From: an uncultured Candidatus Saccharibacteria bacterium
Lineage (GTDB): Bacteria; Patescibacteriota; Minisyncoccia; Phycocordibacterales; WO2-35-19
Length of the DNA stretch: 64,000 bases
Reading direction: 5' to 3'
Assembly: GCA_964589445.1 (NCBI GenBank)
Contig: CAZPQX010000003.1
Coordinates: forward strand, 42,133 to 106,132
Shown: piece after piece, positions 1 to 7,332 of the stretch
Layout of the letters: every line of letters begins with the position of its first letter
How positions within the stretch are numbered: the first letter of the stretch is position 1
Position numbers and translations under genes: made by a program
Notes under the pieces: generated by a model
What the model saw: the letters and a program-made list of their open reading frames with translations, nothing else
What the model was told of the DNA's origin: nothing
Databases searched by the model: none

Positions 1-2
1 CT

Positions 3-176
3 GGAGTCTCACCTGACGGCAGGCTGATGGAAATAGCCGAGCTCCCAAAGAAAACACACCCATTTTTCTTCGGTACTCAATTCCACCCAGAGTTCCTATC
101 AAGGCCGCTCAAGCCCCACCCTATATTTTCTGAGTTCATCAAGGCGGCAGTAGAGAGGGGTAAGGCCAATTCCTAG
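3..176 (+). CDS. pyrG: CTP synthase, C-terminal fragment (5' end lies outside the window)
   Basis: Frame 3 translates to ...[40 protein letters not shown], which matches the conserved glutamine-amidotransferase C-terminus of CTP synthase (FQFHPEF.SRP..PHPLF). Confidence 0.8.
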   Translation, partial: GVSPDGRLMEIAELPKKTHPFFFGTQFHPEFLSRPLKPHPIFSEFIKAAVERGKANS

Positions 177-256
177 TTTGCCTTTTTATATAAAAATGTT
201 ACTCTAATAATAGAAGGTCCCAAAGAGGGCAGACTAACCTCCGGTAAGAGAGAGAC

Positions 257-306
257 CCCCGGTGCACACGCATACCTCCAATTTTCGCACCGGGGGCTTT
301 TTTATT
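257..306 (+). terminator. Rho-independent terminator after pyrG
   Basis: GC stem cccccggtgc...gcaccggggg followed by a T-run (cttttttatttc). Confidence 0.6.
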
Positions 307-551
307 TCTAAATTTGTGGTATCTTGTTTTTGCCGAACTCATCCTCTTTCGGCAAAACCCTTCTCCCTGAGGTTTTCGTAGAACCTTACAGCGTTTGAAG
401 GTAGGGGCAGGCGTCTTCCTCCGAGACACCTAGCCCCTCTTTTTATTTTCCTTATTTTCTGTTATTTTAAGGAGGTTAACATTGGCCCGCCCGCCATCGC
501 TACGCCCGCCTGCTATGTGTTGCTAAGCATTGCGGGCAGGCTCAGGCGTTA

Positions 552-627
552 GCGGGCGGGGAGATCGTCTAATGGCCCGCCCGCAACGCCTTGCTTGCAT
601 GGCGGACGGGTAGGACGACGGTTTCTG
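552..627 (+). pseudogene. tRNA-Gln 5'-half pseudo-copy (acceptor 5' arm, D-arm with a 35-nt GC-hairpin insertion, anticodon stem and loop up to CTG), fused directly to the GIY-YIG start
   Basis: gagatcgtctaatgg[35-nt insert]gtaggacgacggtttctg aligns to positions 1-36 of the intact tRNA-Gln at 874. It diverges with 2 indels and 1 substitution and breaks right after the anticodon, 6 nt before the GIY-YIG ATG. Confidence 0.55.
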
Positions 628-632
628 AAAAT

Positions 633-869
633 ATGAATTACACCTATGTATTAAAAAGTTTAAGGGATAATAAACTTTATATTGGGTGGACGAACGATTT
701 GAAAAGAAGGCTGGAAATGCACAATCTGGGTAAGGTTGACGCTACCAAAAATAGAATTCCGTTCGAAATTGTGTATTATGAAGCTTGCCTTGATAAGGAA
801 AAGGCAATTGAGAGGGAAAAGTATTTCAAGACTGGTTTTGGTAGAAAGTTTTTGAAAAGTAGGATTTAA
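633..869 (+). CDS. GIY-YIG nuclease family protein (UPF0213/YhbQ-like), copy 1
   Basis: MNYTYVLKSLRDNKLYIGWTNDLKRRLEMHN... contains the GIY...YIG motif plus downstream R/E/N residues. The ORF track extends the ORF to 591 through the tRNA-like sequence; the ATG at 633 is preferred. Confidence 0.8.
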   Translation: MNYTYVLKSLRDNKLYIGWTNDLKRRLEMHNLGKVDATKNRIPFEIVYYEACLDKEKAIEREKYFKTGFGRKFLKSRI

Positions 870-873
870 ATAT

Positions 874-944
874 TGCGGGATCGTCTAATGGTAGGACAAC
901 GGTTTCTGGAACCGTCTATCTAGGTTCGAGTCCTAGTCCCGCAG
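874..944 (+). tRNA. tRNA-Gln (anticodon CTG)
   Basis: Cloverleaf: acceptor TGCGGGA/TCCCGCA (U1-A72 as in bacterial tRNA-Gln), D-arm GTCT/GGAC, anticodon stem ACGGT/ACCGT with loop TTCTGGA, T-arm CTAGG-TTCGAGT-CCTAG, discriminator G; CCA not encoded. Confidence 0.9.
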
Positions 945-984
945 CCGCGATTTTTTAACGAGCGAAGCGACTGTAAAAAATCAG

Positions 985-1009
985 CGTCCTGAGCGAAGCG
1001 AAGGGCCAG
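985..1009. repeat. Conserved post-tRNA motif GTCCTGAGCGAAGCGAAGGGC (second copy at 55403-55428)
   Basis: A 21-mer repeated with 1 mismatch downstream of tRNA-Gln and downstream of tRNA-Ser; both copies are preceded by an AT-rich inverted-repeat hairpin. Confidence 0.5.
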
Positions 1010-1024
1010 ATTTTTAATGTCTGA

Positions 1025-1104
1025 AAAAATTTTGAGTCGCGGGAGAGATTCCTGAGTCCCGCAGCACTGATCGCAACTTTGATTGAAAAATTTTGAGTCG
1101 GGGT
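1025..1104. repeat. att-like direct repeat of the tRNA-Gln 3' end, copy 1, plus a truncated copy (1086-1104)
   Basis: aaaattttgagtcgcgggagagattcctgagtcccgcagcactgat; the part tcctgagtcccgcagc matches the tRNA-Gln 3' end tcctagtcccgcagcc. Confidence 0.55.
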
Positions 1105-1150
1105 CCCAGGCCTACAATCAAACTAGCTTGCAGCTTGAGACCCAATAAAC

Positions 1151-1909
1151 ATGAAAGAGCCAGAAATAATTCTAGATCCTAAAGAACTCGATATTTTAAA
1201 ATTGGTTCTTGAGGATATTAAAAAATCTTTGACCTGCGAATTTGCTATTGGTGGATCAATGGCACAAAGAGCTTTATTGCCAGAATTTGGGCAATCAAGT
1301 GAAGCAAACAAAAAGAGTGACATTGATATCGTGCTCTTGGCTGGGTCAAGAGAAAGGTGCCCAGTTTTGCATTCCATAAAAAATTATTTTTATGTTTTGA
1401 GCATTACAGAATCTTTTGATAGTTATTATTTCGGACTTGTACATAAAAAGACAAAAAAGTGGGTTGATTTATTTCCAGTCGCATATAGTCGTTCCTACTA
1501 TAATGTACGAGTAGAAGGAAAAGCTTATAAAGCAGAAACTATCTCAAGCCAAGTATTATATCTTGCTCACGATTTGCTGCGGAGAATAAAAGGCCATAAA
1601 GATGTGCGACAAAAATGGTTCAATAAAATAAAATTTCTATTCTCACAGATTAAAGATGTTACTGATTTTGAAAATGAATTTTCTTCTCATAAACAATATT
1701 TACTTGAAGATCTTCCCAGGGGGGTAAAAATACCTGAAAACGCCCATGAATTTATACAAACGGTTATTGAATGTGTCGCTCCTTTCGTTAAACTTTCTAC
1801 AAAGAGAAATTGGTTCCTCCTATTTAAAAATTATTATAAAGATTCTGTTGTTACCTCAAACGGCATCAAGGTAGATTCTAGGTTTGCTCTACTTCGAACC
1901 TTATTTTGA
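1151..1909 (+). CDS. Pol-beta-superfamily nucleotidyltransferase (minimal NTase fold; possibly aminoglycoside/lincosamide nucleotidyltransferase-like)
   Basis: FAIGGSMAQRALL...SDIDIVLL gives the GS...DxD NTase motif; 252 aa is similar in size to KNTase-type ANT enzymes. Resistance function not established. Confidence 0.5.
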   Translation: MKEPEIILDPKELDILKLVLEDIKKSLTCEFAIGGSMAQRALLPEFGQSSEANKKSDIDIVLLAGSRERCPVLHSIKNYFYVLSITESFDSYYFGLVHKKTKKWVDLFPVAYSRSYYNVRVEGKAYKAETISSQVLYLAHDLLRRIKGHKDVRQKWFNKIKFLFSQIKDVTDFENEFSSHKQYLLEDLPRGVKIPENAHEFIQTVIECVAPFVKLSTKRNWFLLFKNYYKDSVVTSNGIKVDSRFALLRTLF

Positions 1910-1940
1910 GGATGTTTGAAACATGTCGGCAGGAGCTCTT

Positions 1941-1998
1941 AAAAAATTTTGAGTCGGGGGAGAGATTCCTGAGTCCCGCAGTACTTGATTTTTTAAGA
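1941..1998. repeat. att-like direct repeat of the tRNA-Gln 3' end, copy 2
   Basis: aaaaaattttgagtcgggggagagattcctgagtcccgcagtacttgattttttaag; a tail-only copy lies at 2446-2466 and a degenerate copy at 5356-5410. Confidence 0.55.
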
Positions 1999-2035
1999 TT
2001 ATGAGAGCATAATTAGTAACAGGAAAGGGGGGTTC

Positions 2036-2302
2036 ATGTCGACTATCATGGGTCGCAAAAAAGAACCACTTAGTATTGAAAATATAAACGAGATTCTCAG
2101 AGGGTCCTATGGAGTCGAGGTTCGAGAGTGCCAAGGTGGCACCGCTCGAGTTTCGCACTTTTTGAATCCTGAAAGACAGTGGTGGGTTGATGTCAGTTCT
2201 CTTTTTAGAGAGGATGAAGTTCCTACCAAACAAGAAGTCTCAAAAAGATTAAACAAGCAGATTCCTGAGCGCAAGGCATATATCGGCGCGCGTTGCATCT
2301 AA
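2036..2302 (+). CDS. Hypothetical protein (88 aa)
   Basis: ORF with a strong SD (aggaaagggggg) upstream; no recognisable motif. Confidence 0.45.
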   Translation: MSTIMGRKKEPLSIENINEILRGSYGVEVRECQGGTARVSHFLNPERQWWVDVSSLFREDEVPTKQEVSKRLNKQIPERKAYIGARCI

Positions 2303-2498
2303 ATTAGTTGCCATGTTCTTCTAAAATAGTTCGTCTGTATTAATGTAGTTAGTAACACACAAGAGGTCAAGCCTCCAGAAGCATCCATCCAGCAGGTTCG
2401 GGTGTTTTTATTTGTCTAAAATAGTTTCAACTTCATACCAGATAGCCAGCACTTGATTTTTTAAATAAATATTATAGATTATTTTGTAGGAGAACAGA

Positions 2499-2696
2499 TT
2501 GGAAAAGCCAAACAAAATGATTCGTGTGACTCTTGACCTCATCCAAGAGGACTACAACCTCTTGGAAGGTTTAGGCGGCATAAAAGCCGTGGCGCTTAGA
2601 AAGGGCATTCGGCTCTTGGACCAACTTCGTCGAGGGGAGGTTTTCCTTCATACACAGAATGGGGACAAGATTCCCACGGAAATTGTCCTCCCTTAA
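2499..2696 (+). CDS. Small hypothetical protein (65 aa; possible DNA-binding)
   Basis: ORF with an SD (gtaggag) upstream; start is TTG at 2499 or ATG at 2517. Confidence 0.35.
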   Translation: MEKPNKMIRVTLDLIQEDYNLLEGLGGIKAVALRKGIRLLDQLRRGEVFLHTQNGDKIPTEIVLP

Positions 2697-2801
2697 TGTA
2701 CTCAACCGCTCACACAAACAGTCTTGCTGACTCGTTTCGGTGGGCTGTTTTTGTTTGTAAAAAATGATTAAAGTTGAATGTCAAAATGATATAATCCAAA
2801 T

Positions 2802-3437
2802 ATGAAAATAAACTTTATTTATAATCAAGACAAAGATATAGACTGTTTACTGAGTAAAGGCCCTGGCTCCACTAATCAACCAGGAAGTATGACAAAGCCT
2901 TACGAATCTCTACTCCTTTTTACTTCAGACATAAATAATAAAGAGAATGTCAGAGAATTTGTAAGAAAATATATTAGAGAAAATAATATAGATATAGAAA
3001 AAAATAAGAATGAAATAGAGAATAATTGGAATCTAATTTCTGGAGAGTTTAATAGAAGAGCTGAAGAAATATTTGGGATAATAATAGAAGATGAGGTAAA
3101 TGCATACCTGACAATTACAGGAAGGCACCCTTATAATGTAGGGAATAAATACTTTTATGTATCAGCCGAAAAGAAAAATGTAAATAAAAATATAATGCAT
3201 GAATTATGGCATTTTTATACTTGGTATAGGTTTGGAGATTTTAATAAAGTTGACCCTGTTAGATATAACGACGCGAAGGAGTCACTGACGGCAATACTAA
3301 ATATAGTATTTCGGGATCTTATGGACGGGGGATATGATAAAGGGTATTCGCAACATCAAAATCTAAGAAATATAGCGATTGATACTTGGGACAAAACCAA
3401 AGATATTGGTGTGGTCTGGAATGAGCTGATCGTATAA
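2802..3437 (+). CDS. HEXXH-motif protein (putative Zn metallopeptidase, ImmA/IrrE-like?) in an AT-rich island
   Basis: NIMHELWHFYTW carries an HExxH motif; the ORF is very AT-rich relative to its flanks. Confidence 0.4.
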   Translation: MKINFIYNQDKDIDCLLSKGPGSTNQPGSMTKPYESLLLFTSDINNKENVREFVRKYIRENNIDIEKNKNEIENNWNLISGEFNRRAEEIFGIIIEDEVNAYLTITGRHPYNVGNKYFYVSAEKKNVNKNIMHELWHFYTWYRFGDFNKVDPVRYNDAKESLTAILNIVFRDLMDGGYDKGYSQHQNLRNIAIDTWDKTKDIGVVWNELIV

Positions 3438-3513
3438 ATTATTAACGTATTTCCCCAGATGGATAATTTGATGCGATATCTTTAATTTTGTGTACTTGCA
3501 TTTAAAACCTAAA

Positions 3514-3549
3514 TATGTTATACTATATAAAGAATCATTCGCCACATTA
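3514..3549 (+). pseudogene. Remnant of a GIY-YIG gene C-terminus (VILYKESFATL)
   Basis: Matches the C-terminal VLKYNESFATL of the downstream GIY-YIG copy at both protein and nucleotide level. Confidence 0.45.
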
Positions 3550-3619
3550 ACTTTTGGGGGTAAGGTGGCCCCAAGAGCTAGGCCCCAAAGGCCAAAGTCC
3601 CGAGTGAATTCTCCACCTG

Positions 3620-3659
3620 ATTGGGCCGCCGGAAATTCCAGCGGCCCAATACTTTTTGG
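3620..3659 (+). terminator. Rho-independent terminator (perfect 10-bp stem attgggccgc/gcggcccaat followed by T-run)
   Basis: attgggccgccggaaattccagcggcccaatactttttgg. Confidence 0.6.
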
Positions 3660-3665
3660 TACAAT
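3660..3665 (+). promoter_or_regulatory. -10 box TACAAT, 7 nt upstream of the GIY-YIG copy 2 ATG (near-leaderless)
   Basis: tacaatagtacacATG. Confidence 0.4.
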
Positions 3666-3672
3666 AGTACAC

Positions 3673-3960
3673 ATGAAGCGGACAAGTGAATCTACGAAAT
3701 ATTTTGTTTACATCCTCGAATGTGCAGACAAGTCTCTCTATGTCGGCTGTACCAATAATCTAGAAAAAAGAGTTCACGAGCACAACAATTTGAAATCGGG
3801 TGCACACTATACAAAAATCCGAAGGCCTGTGGTTTTAAAATATAATGAATCCTTCGCTACCTTGCTTGAGGCGAGAGGTAGGGAGGCCGAAATAAAGGGA
3901 TGGGTAAAAAGTAAAAAAGTAGCACTTATAGAAGGTAAAGAAAATCTCCGTAAATATTGA
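3673..3960 (+). CDS. GIY-YIG nuclease family protein (UPF0213/YhbQ-like), copy 2
   Basis: MKRTSESTKYFVYILECADKSLYVGCTNNLEKRVHEHN...; near-identical paralog of the 8894 copy. Confidence 0.85.
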   Translation: MKRTSESTKYFVYILECADKSLYVGCTNNLEKRVHEHNNLKSGAHYTKIRRPVVLKYNESFATLLEARGREAEIKGWVKSKKVALIEGKENLRKY

Positions 3961-4019
3961 AAAGTTTGATTTTTATTGTGAAATAATGTAAATTCACTAT
4001 GGAAATTGTTAGAGCTTAA

Positions 4020-5225
4020 TTGCTCGTTTTGACAATACCACGACTACAAAGAAAGGTTGAAGCAAAAATGGTTAGCAGTTCTAAGAAGGCGGAGCTAGAC
4101 ATGCGGCGTGAGGCTGTTCATGTCCTAGTGTCCTTGGGGCTGTCGTATCAAGACATTGCCACCGCTATAGCCGTAGATATCGGCTCGGTGGTGAACGATG
4201 TGAAGAAGATCGCTCCCGTTACGATGAGGTTTGAGGTTGAAGGGCTGACCGGCCCACAGCGTCGCGACAAGGCGTTTAATCACTCCTTGCGCGAGTGGCT
4301 TTTGGTTAGGACTGAGAGCTACTCCAAGAGGCTTGGTGTTGATCGGGATGTGATGGACTGTATTGAATCCGCACTCTCAGTTTGCCTCGACATGAGGCGA
4401 CTCAACGGCATCGCCGAAGGTGTCGTCGCATTCGTCAATACATTGCTTTACCCGGTTGATCCGCCAGAGTATCTGCCTTACCGGCATTTACTCAGGGCTA
4501 TCTTTGGAGAACCTACCAAGCTTAAGGAGAAGAAGCCCTATTCGGCTCTGTTGTGTCACTTTGGATATTTCATTCATGGCTCGGGTTTTGAGTTTACCCG
4601 CGATTCCATCGCAGAGCAGCTTGCTACGCTGGCCATGGAAGAGTTCCGGCAAAACTTTCGCGCCCCACTCGGCGAGAGTGTTAAAATCGCTTTTGAGGAA
4701 GCTCTCAAGACAATAGACAAAAGGGAGGCAGAGGTCCTCGATCTCCGCTTTGGTCTTTCGGGGAAGAGACTAACCCCCGGTGAACTTCGTGGTCGTTTCG
4801 CTGTGACTGATGAGAGGATCCGACAAATCGAGGCAAAGGGATTGCGCAAGCTTCGTCACCCCGAGCGTTCTCGTCGTCTCCGTCCTTTTATCGAGTCTCC
4901 CTTCAGTTTTACCCAAAGGACACTCGATGAGATGTTTGTCCGTCCGGCCCCTATTCCTATTGAGGTTTCGGATACGGCCAAGCTTCTTTCTCAGGAAATC
5001 GAGGAGCTTGAGCTATCAACCCGTTCCTACCATAGCCTTAAGGCTATGGGCGTTCATACTGTCGGCGACCTCGTGCAGAAAACGGAGAGAGAAATGTTGT
5101 CCACGGGGATTCGCTTTGGGTTTGGGCGCAAGTCTTTCAATGAAGTAAAGGAGATTTTGCGTTCCATGGGGCTCTCATTTGGCATGAAGCTTGAGGACGG
5201 TGTTTTGAAGCGACCGGCTGACTAA
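4020..5225 (+). CDS. Chimeric transcription-factor-like protein: N-terminal HTH, sigma-70 region 4.2, and an RNA polymerase alpha C-terminal-like domain
   Basis: [56 protein letters not shown] matches sigma-70 region 4.2 almost residue for residue. The following [63 protein letters not shown] matches RpoA alpha-CTD ([27 protein letters not shown]...LASRGLSLGMRLE). No sigma region 2 is recognisable. Start is probably ATG at 4068. Confidence 0.7.
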   Translation: MLVLTIPRLQRKVEAKMVSSSKKAELDMRREAVHVLVSLGLSYQDIATAIAVDIGSVVNDVKKIAPVTMRFEVEGLTGPQRRDKAFNHSLREWLLVRTESYSKRLGVDRDVMDCIESALSVCLDMRRLNGIAEGVVAFVNTLLYPVDPPEYLPYRHLLRAIFGEPTKLKEKKPYSALLCHFGYFIHGSGFEFTRDSIAEQLATLAMEEFRQNFRAPLGESVKIAFEEALKTIDKREAEVLDLRFGLSGKRLTPGELRGRFAVTDERIRQIEAKGLRKLRHPERSRRLRPFIESPFSFTQRTLDEMFVRPAPIPIEVSDTAKLLSQEIEELELSTRSYHSLKAMGVHTVGDLVQKTEREMLSTGIRFGFGRKSFNEVKEILRSMGLSFGMKLEDGVLKRPAD

Positions 5226-5452
5226 GTCTGATCGTGGTATCAATGCCTGTGCTTGTTCTTTGGAGCAGGCACGGGCTCTCATCAAAGTTTTTTCTAAAAG
5301 AGAAATTTTTGATGAGATTTTTTCTAAAAAAGATTGAAAAAGGAGGGGGCTGCCTGAAAATTTTTGAGTTGAGGAAAGGGGAGGGATTCTTGAGCCCTGC
5401 AGTATTTGACATGCTAGTATATATTATGATATAATATAAGAAGAGGTTAATA

Positions 5453-5737
5453 ATGAAGAAGCTTTTCCTGCTCAAGAATTTGGGTCAGCCTACTCATGGC
5501 GAGACCCGTGCCATGCTCGTTTCCGCAGTCGACGAACTTGATGCACGAAACTGGGCCGGGTCGACGCCGCATGTCCCCAGCCACAACACGGGGGATCCCG
5601 AAGGGATCAATGGGTATGGGGACGAGGGTGCAAATGTGTGGAGAGATTCCACAAAATCATCTTGCACTGAAATCGCGATCTCATTCTCCACCAATTTGGG
5701 GTTCGGTGTAGTCCTAACGGACTACATCTACGCTTAA
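5453..5737 (+). CDS. GC-rich small hypothetical protein (94 aa)
   Basis: -10 TATAAT at 5432-5437 and SD aagagg upstream; GC-rich body; no recognisable motif. Confidence 0.35.
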   Translation: MKKLFLLKNLGQPTHGETRAMLVSAVDELDARNWAGSTPHVPSHNTGDPEGINGYGDEGANVWRDSTKSSCTEIAISFSTNLGFGVVLTDYIYA

Positions 5738-5914
5738 CTTGCCGCAGTACGAATTTAAAGGCACGACGTAACCAACCGTCGGCCTTTTCTGTTTGTAAAA
5801 ACAAAAGAGGATATATTCAAAATTCGGTAGGATAGAAAACTACTTATTGATAAGTTAGGATTACTAAAATCAGTAAGGGTTGAATATTGAGTAATAAAGT
5901 TATATTTTGTCTGT

Positions 5915-7009
5915 ATGAACAAGTTGTTCCAATCAGAAAAATATTTAAACTATCTAAAAAGAAGGGCTAGAAAAGAGAGAAAAGCAAAGCTAAGATATGA
6001 GTTATATATAAAAGCTAAGAACATACTTAAGTATAAAAAGACTATACCAACGTTCAGGCATCTGCGGGATTGGCCAGTTAATATAGAGGCTCCTGAAATT
6101 TTTTCACTCATTAAAAATAGTGAGGAGACAATATCTTTTATAAATAAAATAGGAGAAAATTTTAGAAAAAGAAATAAGGTTTTTATTCTTCTAAATAAGG
6201 TTGAAGAAATAGATTATGATGCAATTGCTGTATTGCTTTCCGTCATGATTCTATTTAGGACGAGTCATATACCTTTTAATGGAGATAGGCCAGTTGCGGA
6301 GTTGGCAAAAAATAAACTTGATGATTCTGGTTTTTTTGATGAATTATACAAGAAAGACAGAAGAGGGATGTCTTATGTTATAGGAAAAGACAAACAAATA
6401 TTTTCAAGTTCTGAGAAAAAGGTTGAACCATCTTTGGGTTTACCTGTTATGAAATATGCTTCCGAATTTATATGGGAAGAAAAAAGGATTTGTAAGGGTT
6501 TGCAAAGAGTATTGCTTGAGTTGATGCATAATACTCATAATCATGCCGGAGGTTATTTGAGTAGGGGTATGGAAAGGTGGTGTTTTTTTATAAATCACAA
6601 CAAAGATAAAAAAGTTGTTGAATTTGTTTTTGTTGACTATGGAGTGGGAATATTCAATAGTTTGAATAAAAAAGAAAAAGGAAATAAATGGTATGATTGG
6701 CAAAATAAACTAAAGAGTGTTTCTGGGTTACCTATAAAAATGACAAATGAAGAAATTTTAAAAAAACTATTAAATGGAGAAATGCATGTGACTGTTACGG
6801 GAGAAGATTTTAGAGGGAAGGGTTTGCCAGGAATTAAGCAAGTTTTAGATAGAAATCAAATAAGTAACCTCTGTATTATAAGCAATAACACCTATGCAGA
6901 AGTGTCAAACAATAAGTACAAATTATTAAGACAAGATTTTAGTGGAACTTTTATTTATTGGGAACTGTGCTATTCTAATAAAAATCATCCGTGGACAATA
7001 AAATTATAA
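5915..7009 (+). CDS. GHKL/HATPase_c-type ATPase (histidine-kinase-like ATP-binding fold)
   Basis: N-box LLELMHNTHNHAGG, G1 VDYGVGI (DxGxG), G2 GEDFRGKGLPGI; AT-rich. Confidence 0.5.
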   Translation: MNKLFQSEKYLNYLKRRARKERKAKLRYELYIKAKNILKYKKTIPTFRHLRDWPVNIEAPEIFSLIKNSEETISFINKIGENFRKRNKVFILLNKVEEIDYDAIAVLLSVMILFRTSHIPFNGDRPVAELAKNKLDDSGFFDELYKKDRRGMSYVIGKDKQIFSSSEKKVEPSLGLPVMKYASEFIWEEKRICKGLQRVLLELMHNTHNHAGGYLSRGMERWCFFINHNKDKKVVEFVFVDYGVGIFNSLNKKEKGNKWYDWQNKLKSVSGLPIKMTNEEILKKLLNGEMHVTVTGEDFRGKGLPGIKQVLDRNQISNLCIISNNTYAEVSNNKYKLLRQDFSGTFIYWELCYSNKNHPWTIKL

Positions 7010-7332
7010 AAATATCAATAGCTAAAGATTTTTCGGTGACACCAGGAGCTCGCTACAAGAAAGAGGGTGATTTTTCAGGTGAAGAATTTAGGGATAAAAT
7101 CCTAGAACCTGCTTTTTTGAGGGCAAAAAAAGAAGGTTGTAAGTTGGTTGTAGATTTAGATGGAACAATTGGGTACGGGACAAGCTTCTTAGAGGAAGTT
7201 TTTGGTGGTCTCGCAAGAACGCAGGGCCCAAATGAAGTCTTTTCCGTATTAGAAGTTTTATCTACAGAAGAAGAATATTTAAAAGAGGACGTTCTTGGGT
7301 ATATAAAAGATGTTAAAGTGGACAAATCTTAA
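6991..7332 (+). CDS. STAS-like (DUF4325-type) small protein, partner of the GHKL ATPase
   Basis: GEEFRDKILEPAFLRAKKEGCKLVVDLDGTIGYGTSFLEEVFGGL fits the G..FR..I.....V.LDF.GV....SF.DE..G.L pattern; overlaps upstream gene by 19 nt; start uncertain. Confidence 0.45.
   Translation: MDNKIIKISIAKDFSVTPGARYKKEGDFSGEEFRDKILEPAFLRAKKEGCKLVVDLDGTIGYGTSFLEEVFGGLARTQGPNEVFSVLEVLSTEEEYLKEDVLGYIKDVKVDKS

Noticed and set aside
199-429. 76-aa minus-strand ORF in the pyrG downstream region
   Set aside because: It overlaps the terminator hairpin and intergenic sequence and has no start context or motif, so it is likely spurious.
552-944. A group I intron with a GIY-YIG homing endonuclease inside tRNA-Gln
   Set aside because: A complete tRNA-Gln, including its own 5' half, follows the ORF, so the 3' exon is not contiguous with an intron. 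A partial duplication/insertion relic is the better fit. The insertion position, after the anticodon, is still noteworthy.
4420-5148. Internal ORFs (4420-4716 +, 4574-4849 -, 4810-5148 +) overlapping the sigma-like gene
   Set aside because: They lie in alternative frames of a strongly motif-supported CDS and have no features of their own.
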